A DNA stretch of 64,000 bases from positions 8,439 to 72,438 of the forward strand of contig JBEEIS010000135.1 of assembly GCA_041169755.1 (NCBI GenBank), written 5' to 3'. The position numbers and the translations under genes were made by a program. Every line of letters begins with the position of its first letter. Within the stretch, counting starts at the first letter, position 1. The notes below the pieces were generated by a model that worked only from the letters and a program-made list of their open reading frames with translations, made no database searches and was not told where the DNA came from. The DNA is from Pseudomonadota bacterium (GTDB lineage: Bacteria > Pseudomonadota > Gammaproteobacteria > Burkholderiales > Burkholderiaceae_C). Positions 9,757 through 19,235 of this stretch are shown in pieces.

Positions 9757-10362
9757 TTGCTGCCCCATCTTGAACCAGCGGATTCGCATCCTGCAGCGGA
9801 TCCGGGCACGACCCGTCCCGGCGGCCGACAGCTCAGCGACTCCGACGAGGCTCTGTTCAAGCAACTCGTCCACTCCCACCACCAGCGCCTGTACCGTTTC
9901 GTGGTGAAGCACATCGGCTGGAGTTCGGACGCCGAAGACATCACCCAACAGGCATTCGTCGAGGCCGCGCAAAGTTTCGCCACCTTCAAGGGCCAGTCCG
10001 AGCTCTCCACCTGGCTTTACGGCATCGCCATGAACCTGGTGCGCAACTACCTGTCCCGATCGCCGCATCGGCGTTATGCCTTCGAAGGAGAAGACGCACT
10101 CGCCGAAACCAGCTGCGCGCGTCCCACCCCTTTCGAACAACTCGCCCAATCTGAAACCGTCCGAGCGCTCGAGCAGGCCCTCGCGGAGCTAGCGCCTGAA
10201 ATGCGAGACGTCCTGCTACTGGTCGGCATGGACGAAATCAGCTACGAAGACGCGGCCGTCATGCTCTCCATCCCGATCGGAACCGTCCGCAGCCGGGTCT
10301 CACGCGCGCGCAGTGCACTGCGCAAGCGCTTCAACGCGCAAAACATCGACCTGGGCTTCTGA
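9757..10362 (+). CDS. ECF sigma factor, HrpL/BtrS-like
   Basis: Region 2 DAEDITQQAFVEA...STWLYGIAMNLVRN; region 4 SYEDAAVMLSIPIGTVRSRVSRAR; TTG start with GGAG SD; embedded in the T3SS locus. Confidence 0.9.
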   Translation: MLPHLEPADSHPAADPGTTRPGGRQLSDSDEALFKQLVHSHHQRLYRFVVKHIGWSSDAEDITQQAFVEAAQSFATFKGQSELSTWLYGIAMNLVRNYLSRSPHRRYAFEGEDALAETSCARPTPFEQLAQSETVRALEQALAELAPEMRDVLLLVGMDEISYEDAAVMLSIPIGTVRSRVSRARSALRKRFNAQNIDLGF

Positions 10363-10375
10363 GGTACACCCAGGC

Positions 10376-12076
10376 TCAAGGCAGCGGCCTGCCCACCGGT
10401 GTCTCGCTGACCAGTCTTGGCCGAATGAGGAATATCCGTTCGCGTTTCTGGACCAGACGAGCCTTCGTCGAAAAGAGCGCTCCCACCCACGGCAAATCAC
10501 CCAGCACCGGCACCTTCTGCTCGCTGGCGATGGTTTGGTCGGAGCTGTAACCGGCAATCACGAGGGCCTCGTTCTGCCGCACCACCGCCTGGGTGCTCAC
10601 AGAGCTACGGCGCACGGTCGGCAGCGCATCCACCTGACGGTCCTGGATCTGGCCATCCTCGATATCCACAGTCAACTGTATCGATGCCGCGGCACCATCC
10701 ACCAGGCGAGGCGTCACGCGCAAGGTAGTCCCTGCTGTCACCGGCGACACGCTGGCTACCCGCTCGCCCTGCACCCGGATATAGAACGTCTCGGAGAGAT
10801 CCAGCAGGGCCCCAATGTTGTCGGTAGTCAGGACCGACGGACGACTTTGAATGCGCGCATCGCCGGTGGATTCGAGCAAACGGATCTGCGCCAGGAAGTT
10901 GCTGTCCTGCTCACCGGGCAGCGTGCCCGAACCTGCACTGCCCAGCGTCAAGGCGAGCGCTCCAGGGCGCAAAGTCTGCGCTACGCCGAAACTGGCGGAA
11001 ACCGAGCCGCCCCTCAGGGACCAGTTGACTCCCAGTTCGCGGGCCCGCTCCGAATTGACATCGATGATCATGGCCTCGATCTCGATCAAAGGCGAAGGAA
11101 CGTCCAGCTGCGCGATCAGGCGCTCGTACAGCACCATCCGCTCCGGGGTGTCGGTGACGATGATGGCGTTCAAGCGCGAATCCGACTGGATCGAAGCGCC
11201 TGGTCCTCCCCCAGAAGAGGGCGCTGCGGACCGGGCAGGCGCAGCGCTCGTGACGGACGCGCCGCGGGCGGTCCCTCCCCCTGGCGCCGCGGCGCCAGAC
11301 GCGGGCGGAGAGGCCGGGGCAGAAGCCCCCAGCGCGGGCAAGGGAACCACCGCACCGGGCTGTGCGTTCACTTTCTCGTCCAGCAGCGCGCCACTGGCCC
11401 CGGTGCCGCCTGACCCCATCAGCCCGCGCAGCACTGTGGTCAGGCCGGGCTGGGTGATCTGCCGATCACGAAACTGGATCACACGATCATCCGCCGAGGC
11501 ATGCCGCAAGCGGAACACGCTTACCTGGAGAGCGCTCCTGGGCTGACTGGGTAATTGCTTGAGCGTCGACTCGACCAAGGCGACATAACTGGCTGGCCCG
11601 GAAATCAGCAGCACCCCGTGCTCGGGCAACTCGCCCCAACCAAAGCGGGTGTCGACCACGCCCAGCTCGGTGAGCGTCTGGCGCAGGCGCCCTGCGCCTG
11701 CAGCGGGCAGGGGCACGGTGCGCATCACCATGTCCCTTGATCGGCTCACATGCAGCGTCCCACCATGCGCATACCAGGTGAAGCCATAGACCCCTCCCAG
11801 TCTTGAAAGGAATTCAGTCGGACTCGCGCTGGTGAAGCGCCCATTCACTGTGCCCGAAACACCAGGCTCGAGGGCCAGCCCCAGGCTAAAGCCTGTTGCG
11901 AAATCGCCCAGAACGGACTCTAAGGACGAACCCTCAGCAAAGTAGCTGTAGGGCGATTCAGGCCAGGGCGCAGGCGCCGCCCAGGTCGATACGCAAGCGG
12001 CCAGGAGCCATTGCAGCACCCATCGGAGCCGTCCCACGCTATATCGACTCCAGCTGCACCACGTTACTCGCTTCAT
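10376..12076 (-). CDS. sctC: T3SS outer membrane secretin (YscC/BscC/HrcC)
   Basis: Signal peptide, N domains (FRLRHASADDR), secretin domain LIEIEAMIIDVN...LGVNW, KVPVLGDLPWVGALF...RIFLIRPR. Confidence 0.95.
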   Translation of the reverse strand: MKRVTWCSWSRYSVGRLRWVLQWLLAACVSTWAAPAPWPESPYSYFAEGSSLESVLGDFATGFSLGLALEPGVSGTVNGRFTSASPTEFLSRLGGVYGFTWYAHGGTLHVSRSRDMVMRTVPLPAAGAGRLRQTLTELGVVDTRFGWGELPEHGVLLISGPASYVALVESTLKQLPSQPRSALQVSVFRLRHASADDRVIQFRDRQITQPGLTTVLRGLMGSGGTGASGALLDEKVNAQPGAVVPLPALGASAPASPPASGAAAPGGGTARGASVTSAAPARSAAPSSGGGPGASIQSDSRLNAIIVTDTPERMVLYERLIAQLDVPSPLIEIEAMIIDVNSERARELGVNWSLRGGSVSASFGVAQTLRPGALALTLGSAGSGTLPGEQDSNFLAQIRLLESTGDARIQSRPSVLTTDNIGALLDLSETFYIRVQGERVASVSPVTAGTTLRVTPRLVDGAAASIQLTVDIEDGQIQDRQVDALPTVRRSSVSTQAVVRQNEALVIAGYSSDQTIASEQKVPVLGDLPWVGALFSTKARLVQKRERIFLIRPRLVSETPVGRPLP

Positions 12077-12525
12077 CCGATCTCCAAGGGGACATCAAAC
12101 CAACGCGGGGCTTCCTGGCGACAGACCCAGCACCACATCGCCAACGCATTGACGAAATCCGCAAGCGCATCCTCCAAGCCACGAACATCGAGTCGGTGGG
12201 GTAGGCGCTGCTGCAATTCGAGGCGCTGCCGTGAAGGGTCGATCGCCAAGCCACAAACATGCTCTCGGACCACGCCTGCAGATACCCCCAGAAGACGAGC
12301 CAAGAATGCATCCCTTGAGGCTGCTGGCAGGCCCGACAGCCTCACCAGGGCGGACACCATGGCCAGCTGACCAGCTCCAACCGGCCGCAATTCAACCCGG
12401 TACTGGGTGTCCACCTGCAGCTTCAAGCTGCCGTCGGGTCGCAGCGCTGACAGTGCCATCCCGTGACGCTCCATGTAGGCCTTCAACACGGGGATAGGCT
12501 GCGGGTCACGAGGGAAGACCGTCAT
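12073..12525 (-). CDS. Class I T3SS chaperone, YscB-like (BscW position)
   Basis: 150 aa; LELQQRL..LDVRGLEDALADFVNAL resembles the YscB/CesT fold; lies between sctU and sctC. Confidence 0.6.
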   Translation of the reverse strand: MTVFPRDPQPIPVLKAYMERHGMALSALRPDGSLKLQVDTQYRVELRPVGAGQLAMVSALVRLSGLPAASRDAFLARLLGVSAGVVREHVCGLAIDPSRQRLELQQRLPHRLDVRGLEDALADFVNALAMWCWVCRQEAPRWFDVPLEIG

Positions 12526-13574
12526 GACGCGTATCCCTCAGGTGGGACCTCACGCACCATGCGCAAAACGGCCGCCACTGGCACGATCAGTTCGGCCGGT
12601 ATGTACTGCTCGATCGAGGCCGTTCGCATCAGGTCCCAGGCCAGAGGAACATTCTCGAACACCGGAACACCCGCCTCACGGGCCGCCGCCACCATGCGCG
12701 CGGCCTGCGCACCTTCCCCCTTGGCCGTCACCATGGGCAGCGACGTCTTGCCTTCCACGTAATACAACGCGATGGCCAGATGCACGGGATTGGTCACCAG
12801 GACAGAGGCTGTTCGGGCCTGCTCGACCGACCGATCCTCCAGCATCTGCAGGTGCAGGTTCTTGCGCTCTCCCTTCAGGAGAGGGTCGCCTTCGGTCTCC
12901 TTGAACTCCCGGCGAACTTCATCGATCGACATCATCAACTGCTTGCGATGGTGGCGGCTTTGCCACAACCAGTCGGCCGCTGCGATGAAGGCGTAGATCA
13001 CGACCAGCTTCAGGACGATCGCACTCACCAGCGCCGCGAGCACAGCGCCCACCCCCTCCAGGCCGCCCATTGGAAGTGTGATGAGGGCGCCCATCGCATC
13101 CCGCAGGGTCACAAAAATCACGGCAGACAGGACTGTGATCTTCAGGATCGACTTGAAGAACTCGAAAATCCCCTTGGCGCCGAACATGTTCTTCACGTTT
13201 TCGACGATATTGAGCTTCTTGGCCGACGGCGTGAGCGCCTTGATCGAAAACAGCAACTTCGTCTGCCACATCTCAATCAGCAGCCCCAGGGAGATCACGA
13301 TCAGAACAAAGGGCAGCAGCAGGACGATCACATCTTCCAAGAAATGCGCGGCCAAGACCTTCAAGGCCAGGTAGAAGTCCATGCCCAAGACGCTGGCAGG
13401 CAGAACCATCATCTCGCTCAGGCGCCTGGAGATCGACTGCATGTCGAACAGCATGTAGCCAAAGATCGCCGCGAACAAAACGCCCTGCGTGATGTCCTTG
13501 CTGTGGGCAACCTGTCCTTCCTTCCGCGCTTCTTTGAGCTTCTTGGGCGTGGGCTGCTCGGTCTTTTCTGTCAT
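12522..13574 (-). CDS. sctU: T3SS export apparatus switch protein (YscU/FlhB family)
   Basis: MTEKTEQPTPKKLKEARKEGQVAHSKD, EVRREFKETEGDP, variant autocleavage motif NPVH. Confidence 0.96.
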   Translation of the reverse strand: MTEKTEQPTPKKLKEARKEGQVAHSKDITQGVLFAAIFGYMLFDMQSISRRLSEMMVLPASVLGMDFYLALKVLAAHFLEDVIVLLLPFVLIVISLGLLIEMWQTKLLFSIKALTPSAKKLNIVENVKNMFGAKGIFEFFKSILKITVLSAVIFVTLRDAMGALITLPMGGLEGVGAVLAALVSAIVLKLVVIYAFIAAADWLWQSRHHRKQLMMSIDEVRREFKETEGDPLLKGERKNLHLQMLEDRSVEQARTASVLVTNPVHLAIALYYVEGKTSLPMVTAKGEGAQAARMVAAAREAGVPVFENVPLAWDLMRTASIEQYIPAELIVPVAAVLRMVREVPPEGYAS

Positions 13575-14386
13575 CGCGTCACCTGCTGCGGGGATCGCCA
13601 GGCCTCGTCAAGCGCGGGAAGGATCTGACGCAAATCATCCAGCGTCCCCTGCGCGTACTCAAACAAGGTGGTCATATACAGCGCGAGGACCAGGAATGCC
13701 AGGGCGCTCTTGATCGGCATGGCCAGGAAGAACACCTGCAACTGCGGAACAAAACGGCTGACGATAGCCAATCCCATTTCCGCCAGGAACATGGCGACGA
13801 TCGCCGGCGCGCAGATGATCAATGCCAGGCGGGCCAGCCCCAGGATCTGCTCGATGAACAAGCCAGCAGACTCCGCTCGCAGGTGGGGCATCCACTCAAA
13901 GACGTTCCAGAGCGAAAAACTGGCGTAAAGGATGTCGAGTATCAGCAGGAAGCCTCCGCTGATGAAGAAGAAAACGATGAAGGCCTGGCTGAAGATCGCA
14001 CCCAATGGCGAGCTGTCATTACCTGTCAGCGGGTCAAGCGTTGCGCCCATCGTCGCCCCCCGCTGGTTGTCTATCAGGAAGCCCATCGCCTCGAACGCCC
14101 AGAAAGGAACCGCGACCAGGCACCCTAGCACCAGGCCAACGAACAACTCCTTCACCAGCAAGAGGAACATGCGACCAGGGGGTATGTCGAGCGCCATTAC
14201 CGCTGGCATCAAGGTCGGCGCCACCATCAACCCCAAACCCGCCGATAGCGCCACCCGCAGGGTCCCCGGGAAATGACTGCGTCCGAATACCGGGATCGGA
14301 ATGAACATACCCAGGATACGAGCCTGCGCCCACCCCAGCGACAGAAGGAAAGTCTTTAATTGGGAGAGTTCGGTCAATTCGCCCAT
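13571..14386 (-). CDS. sctT: T3SS export apparatus protein (YscT/SpaR)
   Basis: ARILGMFIPIPVF, KELFVGLVLG, GFLIDNQRGATMG, QVFFLAMPIKS. Confidence 0.95.
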   Translation of the reverse strand: MGELTELSQLKTFLLSLGWAQARILGMFIPIPVFGRSHFPGTLRVALSAGLGLMVAPTLMPAVMALDIPPGRMFLLLVKELFVGLVLGCLVAVPFWAFEAMGFLIDNQRGATMGATLDPLTGNDSSPLGAIFSQAFIVFFFISGGFLLILDILYASFSLWNVFEWMPHLRAESAGLFIEQILGLARLALIICAPAIVAMFLAEMGLAIVSRFVPQLQVFFLAMPIKSALAFLVLALYMTTLFEYAQGTLDDLRQILPALDEAWRSPQQVTR

Positions 14387-14397
14387 GGCCTCACCGC

Positions 14398-14667
14398 TCA
14401 GCGCCCCACCCGTGGCAGGTTTTCGAAAATCGAAACCGTGAAGTTGTACATTTCGCCCCCGACCCAACCCGCCGTCAGGGCCAGGGTGAACATCACGGCG
14501 ACCAGCTTTACCGCGAATGACAGTGTCTGCTCCTGTATTTGGGTCAGTGCCTGGAACAGCGCGAACAAGGTCCCCACGACGGAAGCGACCACGATCGTGG
14601 GTAGCGACAGCCACAGCGTGAGGTACATCGCCTGGCTCATATAAGTGACAAGTTCGGCAAGCTGCAC
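14398..14667 (-). CDS. sctS: T3SS export apparatus protein (YscS/FliQ)
   Basis: LSLPTIVVASVVG...FQALTQIQEQTLSFAVKL. Confidence 0.95.
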   Translation of the reverse strand: MQLAELVTYMSQAMYLTLWLSLPTIVVASVVGTLFALFQALTQIQEQTLSFAVKLVAVMFTLALTAGWVGGEMYNFTVSIFENLPRVGR

Positions 14668-14674
14668 AGGTCAC

Positions 14675-15319
14675 TCACGTGTAGGTCAGTACCAGGCCCT
14701 GGATCAAGCGGGTCCATCCATCAGCAGCGATGAAGAGAAAAAGCTTCAAGGGCAGCGAAATCGTGACCGGCGACACCATCATCATCCCCATGGCCAGGAG
14801 GATGTTGGAAACGATCAGGTCGATCACCACAAATGGCAGGTAAATCAGAAACCCGATCTGAAAAGCCGCCGTCAACTCGCTCACAAGGAAGGCTGGCATC
14901 AGGATCAAGAAGTCCGTGGGTTTCACGTCGGCCGACATCGCGGGCCCCCACATGCGGTGGCTCGTGCGCAAGAAGAAATCGCGCTGCTCGGGACGGGAAT
15001 TACGAACCATGAACTCGCGCAGGGGCTCCAGACCCCGGCGCACACTTGTGACCACCGACTCGGCGCTGCGCAGGTTCCCAGCCTGGATCGTCGTTTCGTA
15101 GATCCGATTGCCAATCGGTGCCATCACGTAGGCGGTCAGGATCAGGGACAGGCCATACAAGGCGATGTTGGGCGGCACCTGCTGAACGCCCAGGGCATTT
15201 CGCAGCAACATCATCACCACCGAGATCTTTAGGAACGAAGTCGTCACCACGACCAACGTGGGCAGCAGCCCTAGAAGTCCGAACACCAGCAGCAGGGTGA
15301 CGGGATCCGGGATGTTCAT
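14675..15319 (-). CDS. sctR: T3SS export apparatus protein (YscR/FliP)
   Basis: TSFLKISVVMMLLRNALGVQQVPPN, AFQIGFLIYLPF, GMMMVSPVTISLPLKL. Confidence 0.97.
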   Translation of the reverse strand: MNIPDPVTLLLVFGLLGLLPTLVVVTTSFLKISVVMMLLRNALGVQQVPPNIALYGLSLILTAYVMAPIGNRIYETTIQAGNLRSAESVVTSVRRGLEPLREFMVRNSRPEQRDFFLRTSHRMWGPAMSADVKPTDFLILMPAFLVSELTAAFQIGFLIYLPFVVIDLIVSNILLAMGMMMVSPVTISLPLKLFLFIAADGWTRLIQGLVLTYT

Positions 15320-16443
15320 AGCGATTCGACGTCCGATTCGGTGTCTAGCGCTGGCGCGGCCTCTTGGCCTAGCGTCATACGAGGCGCATCCGTAGTCTTG
15401 CGACGGGCCAAGGAAGTGACGGTCACGCCCATGCGCCCGTCGATATCCACCAATTCACCCAGCCCGATCAGGAGACCGTTGACTCGCACGCGTACAGCGC
15501 TGGTCAGGGGTTGCCCCAGGTCAATGGACTGACCGACCTGCAGTTCGCGCACCTGCCCCAGGGTCATTGCGAGGTCCCCAAGGTCAAACGTGACCCGCAG
15601 GGGCAACTGATCGATCGAATCGGGGCCCTCCGACAATACGACCTCTTCGCCATTGGCTTGCATGGTCCATCCTCCTGCCTTGAACGGGGTAGTCACCACC
15701 AGACTCGCGCCTTGCATGACGGCACGCAGGCCTAACGACCCGCAGGCGATCCAAAGTTGTCCGTCGTCATGAATCAGGCTGTCCTCGAGCAGCACGGAGT
15801 CGCCGACCGACAGGCGCGCGACCTCATTCACGGCCAACCAGGTACACCCAATATGCGCACGCCACGCCATTGGCAGGTCCTCGGACGGCAAGTCATTGCG
15901 GACCTGCGGTCTCTCCGCAGCCAGACGCGCCAGGAGCGATAGGCCTAGCGGGCCCACGGCGAGCCGCCCCACCAAAACGGATTGCGCGTTCACGGCCTGC
16001 ACATCGAAGGCAAGTTCCATGGGAGCGCCCTCGGCAGGGCCACGTGACAGGCGATCAATTCGGATCGGCCCGAGATCGGCTCCGGCAACCGTGGAGACCA
16101 TGGCCTCGCAGGCCTCCTCCATGGCAACTGCGGCCATGGAGTCGGGGATTTCACCGGCATCGAGTTCAGGCCACTTGGCGAGCAGCCAGGCCTGGACGAG
16201 GCCCGCTGGCAAGACCAAGTCGATCGGGACACCCGCCCAAAGGACCTGCACGCACCACTCAGTCTCCCCCGCGCACAACGGACCAGGCACTACGCTTGGC
16301 GTCAGGGTCAACCGCCAGGATTGCTCACCCCAAACGATCTCCAGGCTACGAACGCGCTGGGCCAGCGAGCTACGAGCCTGCGCTTGCGCCCATGGCAGTC
16401 GATGGAGCTCCAACTTGCGGGGCGCGGATTCATGCCGGGTCAT
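15316..16443 (-). CDS. sctQ: T3SS cytoplasmic ring/sorting platform protein (YscQ), with internal start at 15663
   Basis: C-terminal SPOA/FliN domain LPLRVTFDLG...VRVNGLLIGLGELVDIDGRMGV; position between sctP and sctR. Confidence 0.92.
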   Translation of the reverse strand: MTRHESAPRKLELHRLPWAQAQARSSLAQRVRSLEIVWGEQSWRLTLTPSVVPGPLCAGETEWCVQVLWAGVPIDLVLPAGLVQAWLLAKWPELDAGEIPDSMAAVAMEEACEAMVSTVAGADLGPIRIDRLSRGPAEGAPMELAFDVQAVNAQSVLVGRLAVGPLGLSLLARLAAERPQVRNDLPSEDLPMAWRAHIGCTWLAVNEVARLSVGDSVLLEDSLIHDDGQLWIACGSLGLRAVMQGASLVVTTPFKAGGWTMQANGEEVVLSEGPDSIDQLPLRVTFDLGDLAMTLGQVRELQVGQSIDLGQPLTSAVRVRVNGLLIGLGELVDIDGRMGVTVTSLARRKTTDAPRMTLGQEAAPALDTESDVESL

Positions 16444-17384
16444 GCGCGCCCCAAAACCTCGACCGATAAGAAGACAGGAACTTCCGGATCGTCGTCATTT
16501 GCGCGCGCCCGATGCACTCTGAGCGTGACATCCCGCCGACAGCGACGCGCGACGCCATCAGCTTCACGCTGAACCAGGGCGCAGAGTTGGGCGTGCGTGG
16601 CCTCATTGGGGCAAGCCAGACTCACGTCGATCCTGCCACTGGCCTCCTGCAAGGTGACCCAGACGCCGGAGAACGCATCACTGCCCAATTCGAACCGGAC
16701 CTGGCGGTGCAGCGTCAGCGGGTCGCTGACGATGAACCGCGTCACAGCATCCGCCAGTAGCGCCTGGACCTCCGACGCCTGCGACTCGGCGTCAAAGGTA
16801 CTTGTCGCAAGCGTTGCGGCAGGGACTCGCGGCGTTACGTCCATCGCCTGTATTGACCCGGGCAGCACTGTTGCTTCGGGCAGGGGAGTGGCCTCGGCAA
16901 TACGCTCTGTGACGAGCTCGGTGCTTGGGGCCATCGGCTCGACTCGAGCGACGGCGATCGCGTTAACGGGCTTTTCCGCCTCGGTAAGTTCTATCGGGGG
17001 AGAAGTTAGGGGCCAACCGTTCAACCCATATCGTTTTACCCCCGGCGCAGGCACAGGCACAGGCGTAGGCACAAGCGTAAACACAGGCGTCGGCGGCAGT
17101 ATCTTCGGCGCAGGCTGCGGTGCCAGCACCACAGCAGACACCTGGATTGTCACTGTGAGAACAGCAGGTGTACTACCCAACCCAGGCTCGACAACCACCT
17201 GGGGCATCTCCAGCGAAGGACCGACCGGGTCGTCCGGCTGGTCGGCCAAGGCTTTCTCGAAAAGCTCCTTGGTCGAAATGTCATATCCGCCAATCGGCAT
17301 CCTGGTAATCTGAGATACCAAGAGCGAACCAGTCGCGGATCCAGGCATGACCGTGGACGACAGAAGATCGGCGGGTTCAGACAT
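16440..17384 (-). CDS. sctP: T3SS needle-length ruler (YscP/FliK-like)
   Basis: Pro/Val/Thr-rich N-terminal part; C-terminal T3S4-like domain (VRFELGSDAFSGVWVTL...IDVSL); position sctO-sctP-sctQ; GGAGG SD. Confidence 0.75.
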   Translation of the reverse strand: MSEPADLLSSTVMPGSATGSLLVSQITRMPIGGYDISTKELFEKALADQPDDPVGPSLEMPQVVVEPGLGSTPAVLTVTIQVSAVVLAPQPAPKILPPTPVFTLVPTPVPVPAPGVKRYGLNGWPLTSPPIELTEAEKPVNAIAVARVEPMAPSTELVTERIAEATPLPEATVLPGSIQAMDVTPRVPAATLATSTFDAESQASEVQALLADAVTRFIVSDPLTLHRQVRFELGSDAFSGVWVTLQEASGRIDVSLACPNEATHAQLCALVQREADGVARRCRRDVTLRVHRARANDDDPEVPVFLSVEVLGRA

Positions 17385-17886
17385 TGCCACCTCCCGCACG
17401 GTCAGTCGATCGCTCGGGGCTGATCGCGCCGTCCATCACTTCGCCCACCTCAGATTCCTCGCGACGCTCGCCTTGCCTCGCACTGCGCAGCGCTTCGCCC
17501 TGCACAAGATCTGTGATCTTTTGTTGGTGACGCCACGCGACCGAATGCGCCGCTTTTCTCTCGGTCAGCGCGTCCTGGACCTGGACGCGGGCCTGTTCCG
17601 CCTTCTGCACCGCTTCATCCAGAATTTTCAAGTTCGCGCGCAACTCGCCGATCTCGCTGTTGACGGCAGAAATCTCACGAATCCGAACCGTCTTTCCGAC
17701 CAATCCCTGGAGTAGTTCCGCTTCGCGGCGATCGGCCTCCTCGCGGAACACGCAGAGCCGATCCTCGGCGGTCTGATGGGTCCTGGTTGCCTGAACCAGT
17801 GCGGCCTGGACCTCACGGACCGCGGCCTGGGCGCGCGCCTCCCTGTAGTCACTGACCGCCAGGATCTTCTGCAGAACGAGTGCCAT
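17377..17886 (-). CDS. sctO: T3SS stalk protein (YscO/FliJ-like)
   Basis: Coiled-coil MALVLQKILAVSDYREARAQAAV... directly after the ATPase. Confidence 0.85.
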   Translation of the reverse strand: MALVLQKILAVSDYREARAQAAVREVQAALVQATRTHQTAEDRLCVFREEADRREAELLQGLVGKTVRIREISAVNSEIGELRANLKILDEAVQKAEQARVQVQDALTERKAAHSVAWRHQQKITDLVQGEALRSARQGERREESEVGEVMDGAISPERSTDRAGGGNV

Positions 17887-17890
17887 GGCT

Positions 17891-19219
17891 TCAGGCCCCC
17901 ACGACGTCACGCAAGCTGGCCACGGTTTGGGCGAAGTCCGCATGCTCGCGGGTCTGTTGCCGCAAGAAAAGCCGGATGTCCGGATTGCGCGCGATGGCTT
18001 CGTCTGTCTGTGGATCGGTCCCCGCCTTGTATTCACCAATGCGCAGCAAAAGCTCGACTTCGTCATACCGCGCCAGCAGCTCCCGCAGCCGCCCGGCCGC
18101 CGCACGGTGCTCCGGCGTAACCACCTGGTTCATCACACGGCTCGCTGAGGCCAGAACGTCAACCGCAGGGAAGTGATTCGCAGCTGCGAGCTTGCGAGAG
18201 AGGATGACGTGACCATCCAAGATCGAACGCGTTTCGTCGGCGATCGGCTCGGTCATGTCATCGCCTTCCACCAGCACGGTGTACAGGCCCGTGATCGATC
18301 CATGTTCGTTCATGCCCGCCCGCTCCATCAGCCGGGGCAGGAGCGCGAAAACGCTGGGAGGAAAACCTCGCCGCGTCGGTGGCTCGCCCGTAGCCAGGCC
18401 GATCTCGCGTTGCGCCCGGGCAAACCGCGTGACGCTGTCCATGAGAAGCAGCACCCTGCGTCCCTGGTCTCTGAAATACTCGGCGATCGCCGTCGCCACA
18501 TACGCCGCCTTGGCACGCTCCATCGGACTGCGGTCCGAAGTGGCGCACACCACCACGCTGCGCGCGCGTCCCGCTTCGTCGAGTTCATGCTCCAGGAACT
18601 CGCGCACCTCACGACCGCGTTCTCCAATAAGGGCGATGACGGTCACGTCCACAGAGGCCCCCCTCACAAGCATGCCCAGAAGCGTCGACTTACCCCCCCC
18701 CGCCGCCGCGAAAATCCCCATCCGCTGGCCTTCAGCGCAGGTCAACAATCCATCCAGCACGCGCACGCCTAAGGGCAGTGGACGCTCGATCAGCTTGCGT
18801 CGTAAAGGATCCGGCGCATCCGCAAATACAGGGTAGAACTTGTCTGTTCGCAGCGGCCCATGGGTCCTCTCATCCAGCGGCCGGCCCAGGCCGTCCAGCA
18901 CACGCCCAAGCAGGCCTGGGCCCACCGGAACCTGGTGCGCCAAGCCGGTCGGGATCACCTCGGTGGCGGCACTCAGCCCTTGCAGCTCTCCCAAGGGCGT
19001 CAAGATGGCTGCATCCCTGACGAAACCGACCACTTCGGCCTTCATCTGGGTGGGTTCGCCAGGATTGCGCAACAAGCAGATCTCGCCGACCTTGACCCGC
19101 GGAACCGCCGCCTTGATCACCGTGCCGATCACCTGGACGATTCGCCCCTTGATCCGAAGCGTCTGCGCGTCTTCCAGCGCATGCGCCATCATCTCTGTGA
19201 CATGGTCAAAACCACTCAT
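17891..19219 (-). CDS. sctN: T3SS ATPase (YscN/BscN)
   Basis: Walker [54 protein letters not shown]; N-terminus closely recalls BscN. Confidence 0.98.
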   Translation of the reverse strand: MSGFDHVTEMMAHALEDAQTLRIKGRIVQVIGTVIKAAVPRVKVGEICLLRNPGEPTQMKAEVVGFVRDAAILTPLGELQGLSAATEVIPTGLAHQVPVGPGLLGRVLDGLGRPLDERTHGPLRTDKFYPVFADAPDPLRRKLIERPLPLGVRVLDGLLTCAEGQRMGIFAAAGGGKSTLLGMLVRGASVDVTVIALIGERGREVREFLEHELDEAGRARSVVVCATSDRSPMERAKAAYVATAIAEYFRDQGRRVLLLMDSVTRFARAQREIGLATGEPPTRRGFPPSVFALLPRLMERAGMNEHGSITGLYTVLVEGDDMTEPIADETRSILDGHVILSRKLAAANHFPAVDVLASASRVMNQVVTPEHRAAAGRLRELLARYDEVELLLRIGEYKAGTDPQTDEAIARNPDIRLFLRQQTREHADFAQTVASLRDVVGA

Positions 19220-19235
19220 GGTGCTTCGATGCGCG

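Noticed and set aside
11343-11371. GGAACC...GCGTTCAC antisense within sctC
   Set aside because: Spacing is 3 nt too long relative to the two matching promoters, and it lies in coding sequence.
11170-11400. Ala/Pro/Gly/Ser low-complexity stretch in the secretin
   Set aside because: Disordered N3-loop insertions are usual in YscC/HrcC-family secretins.
17040-17130. GGCACA-type short tandem repeats (PVPVPAP) in sctP
   Set aside because: Pro-rich repeats are expected in needle-length rulers; not a CRISPR array or VNTR system.
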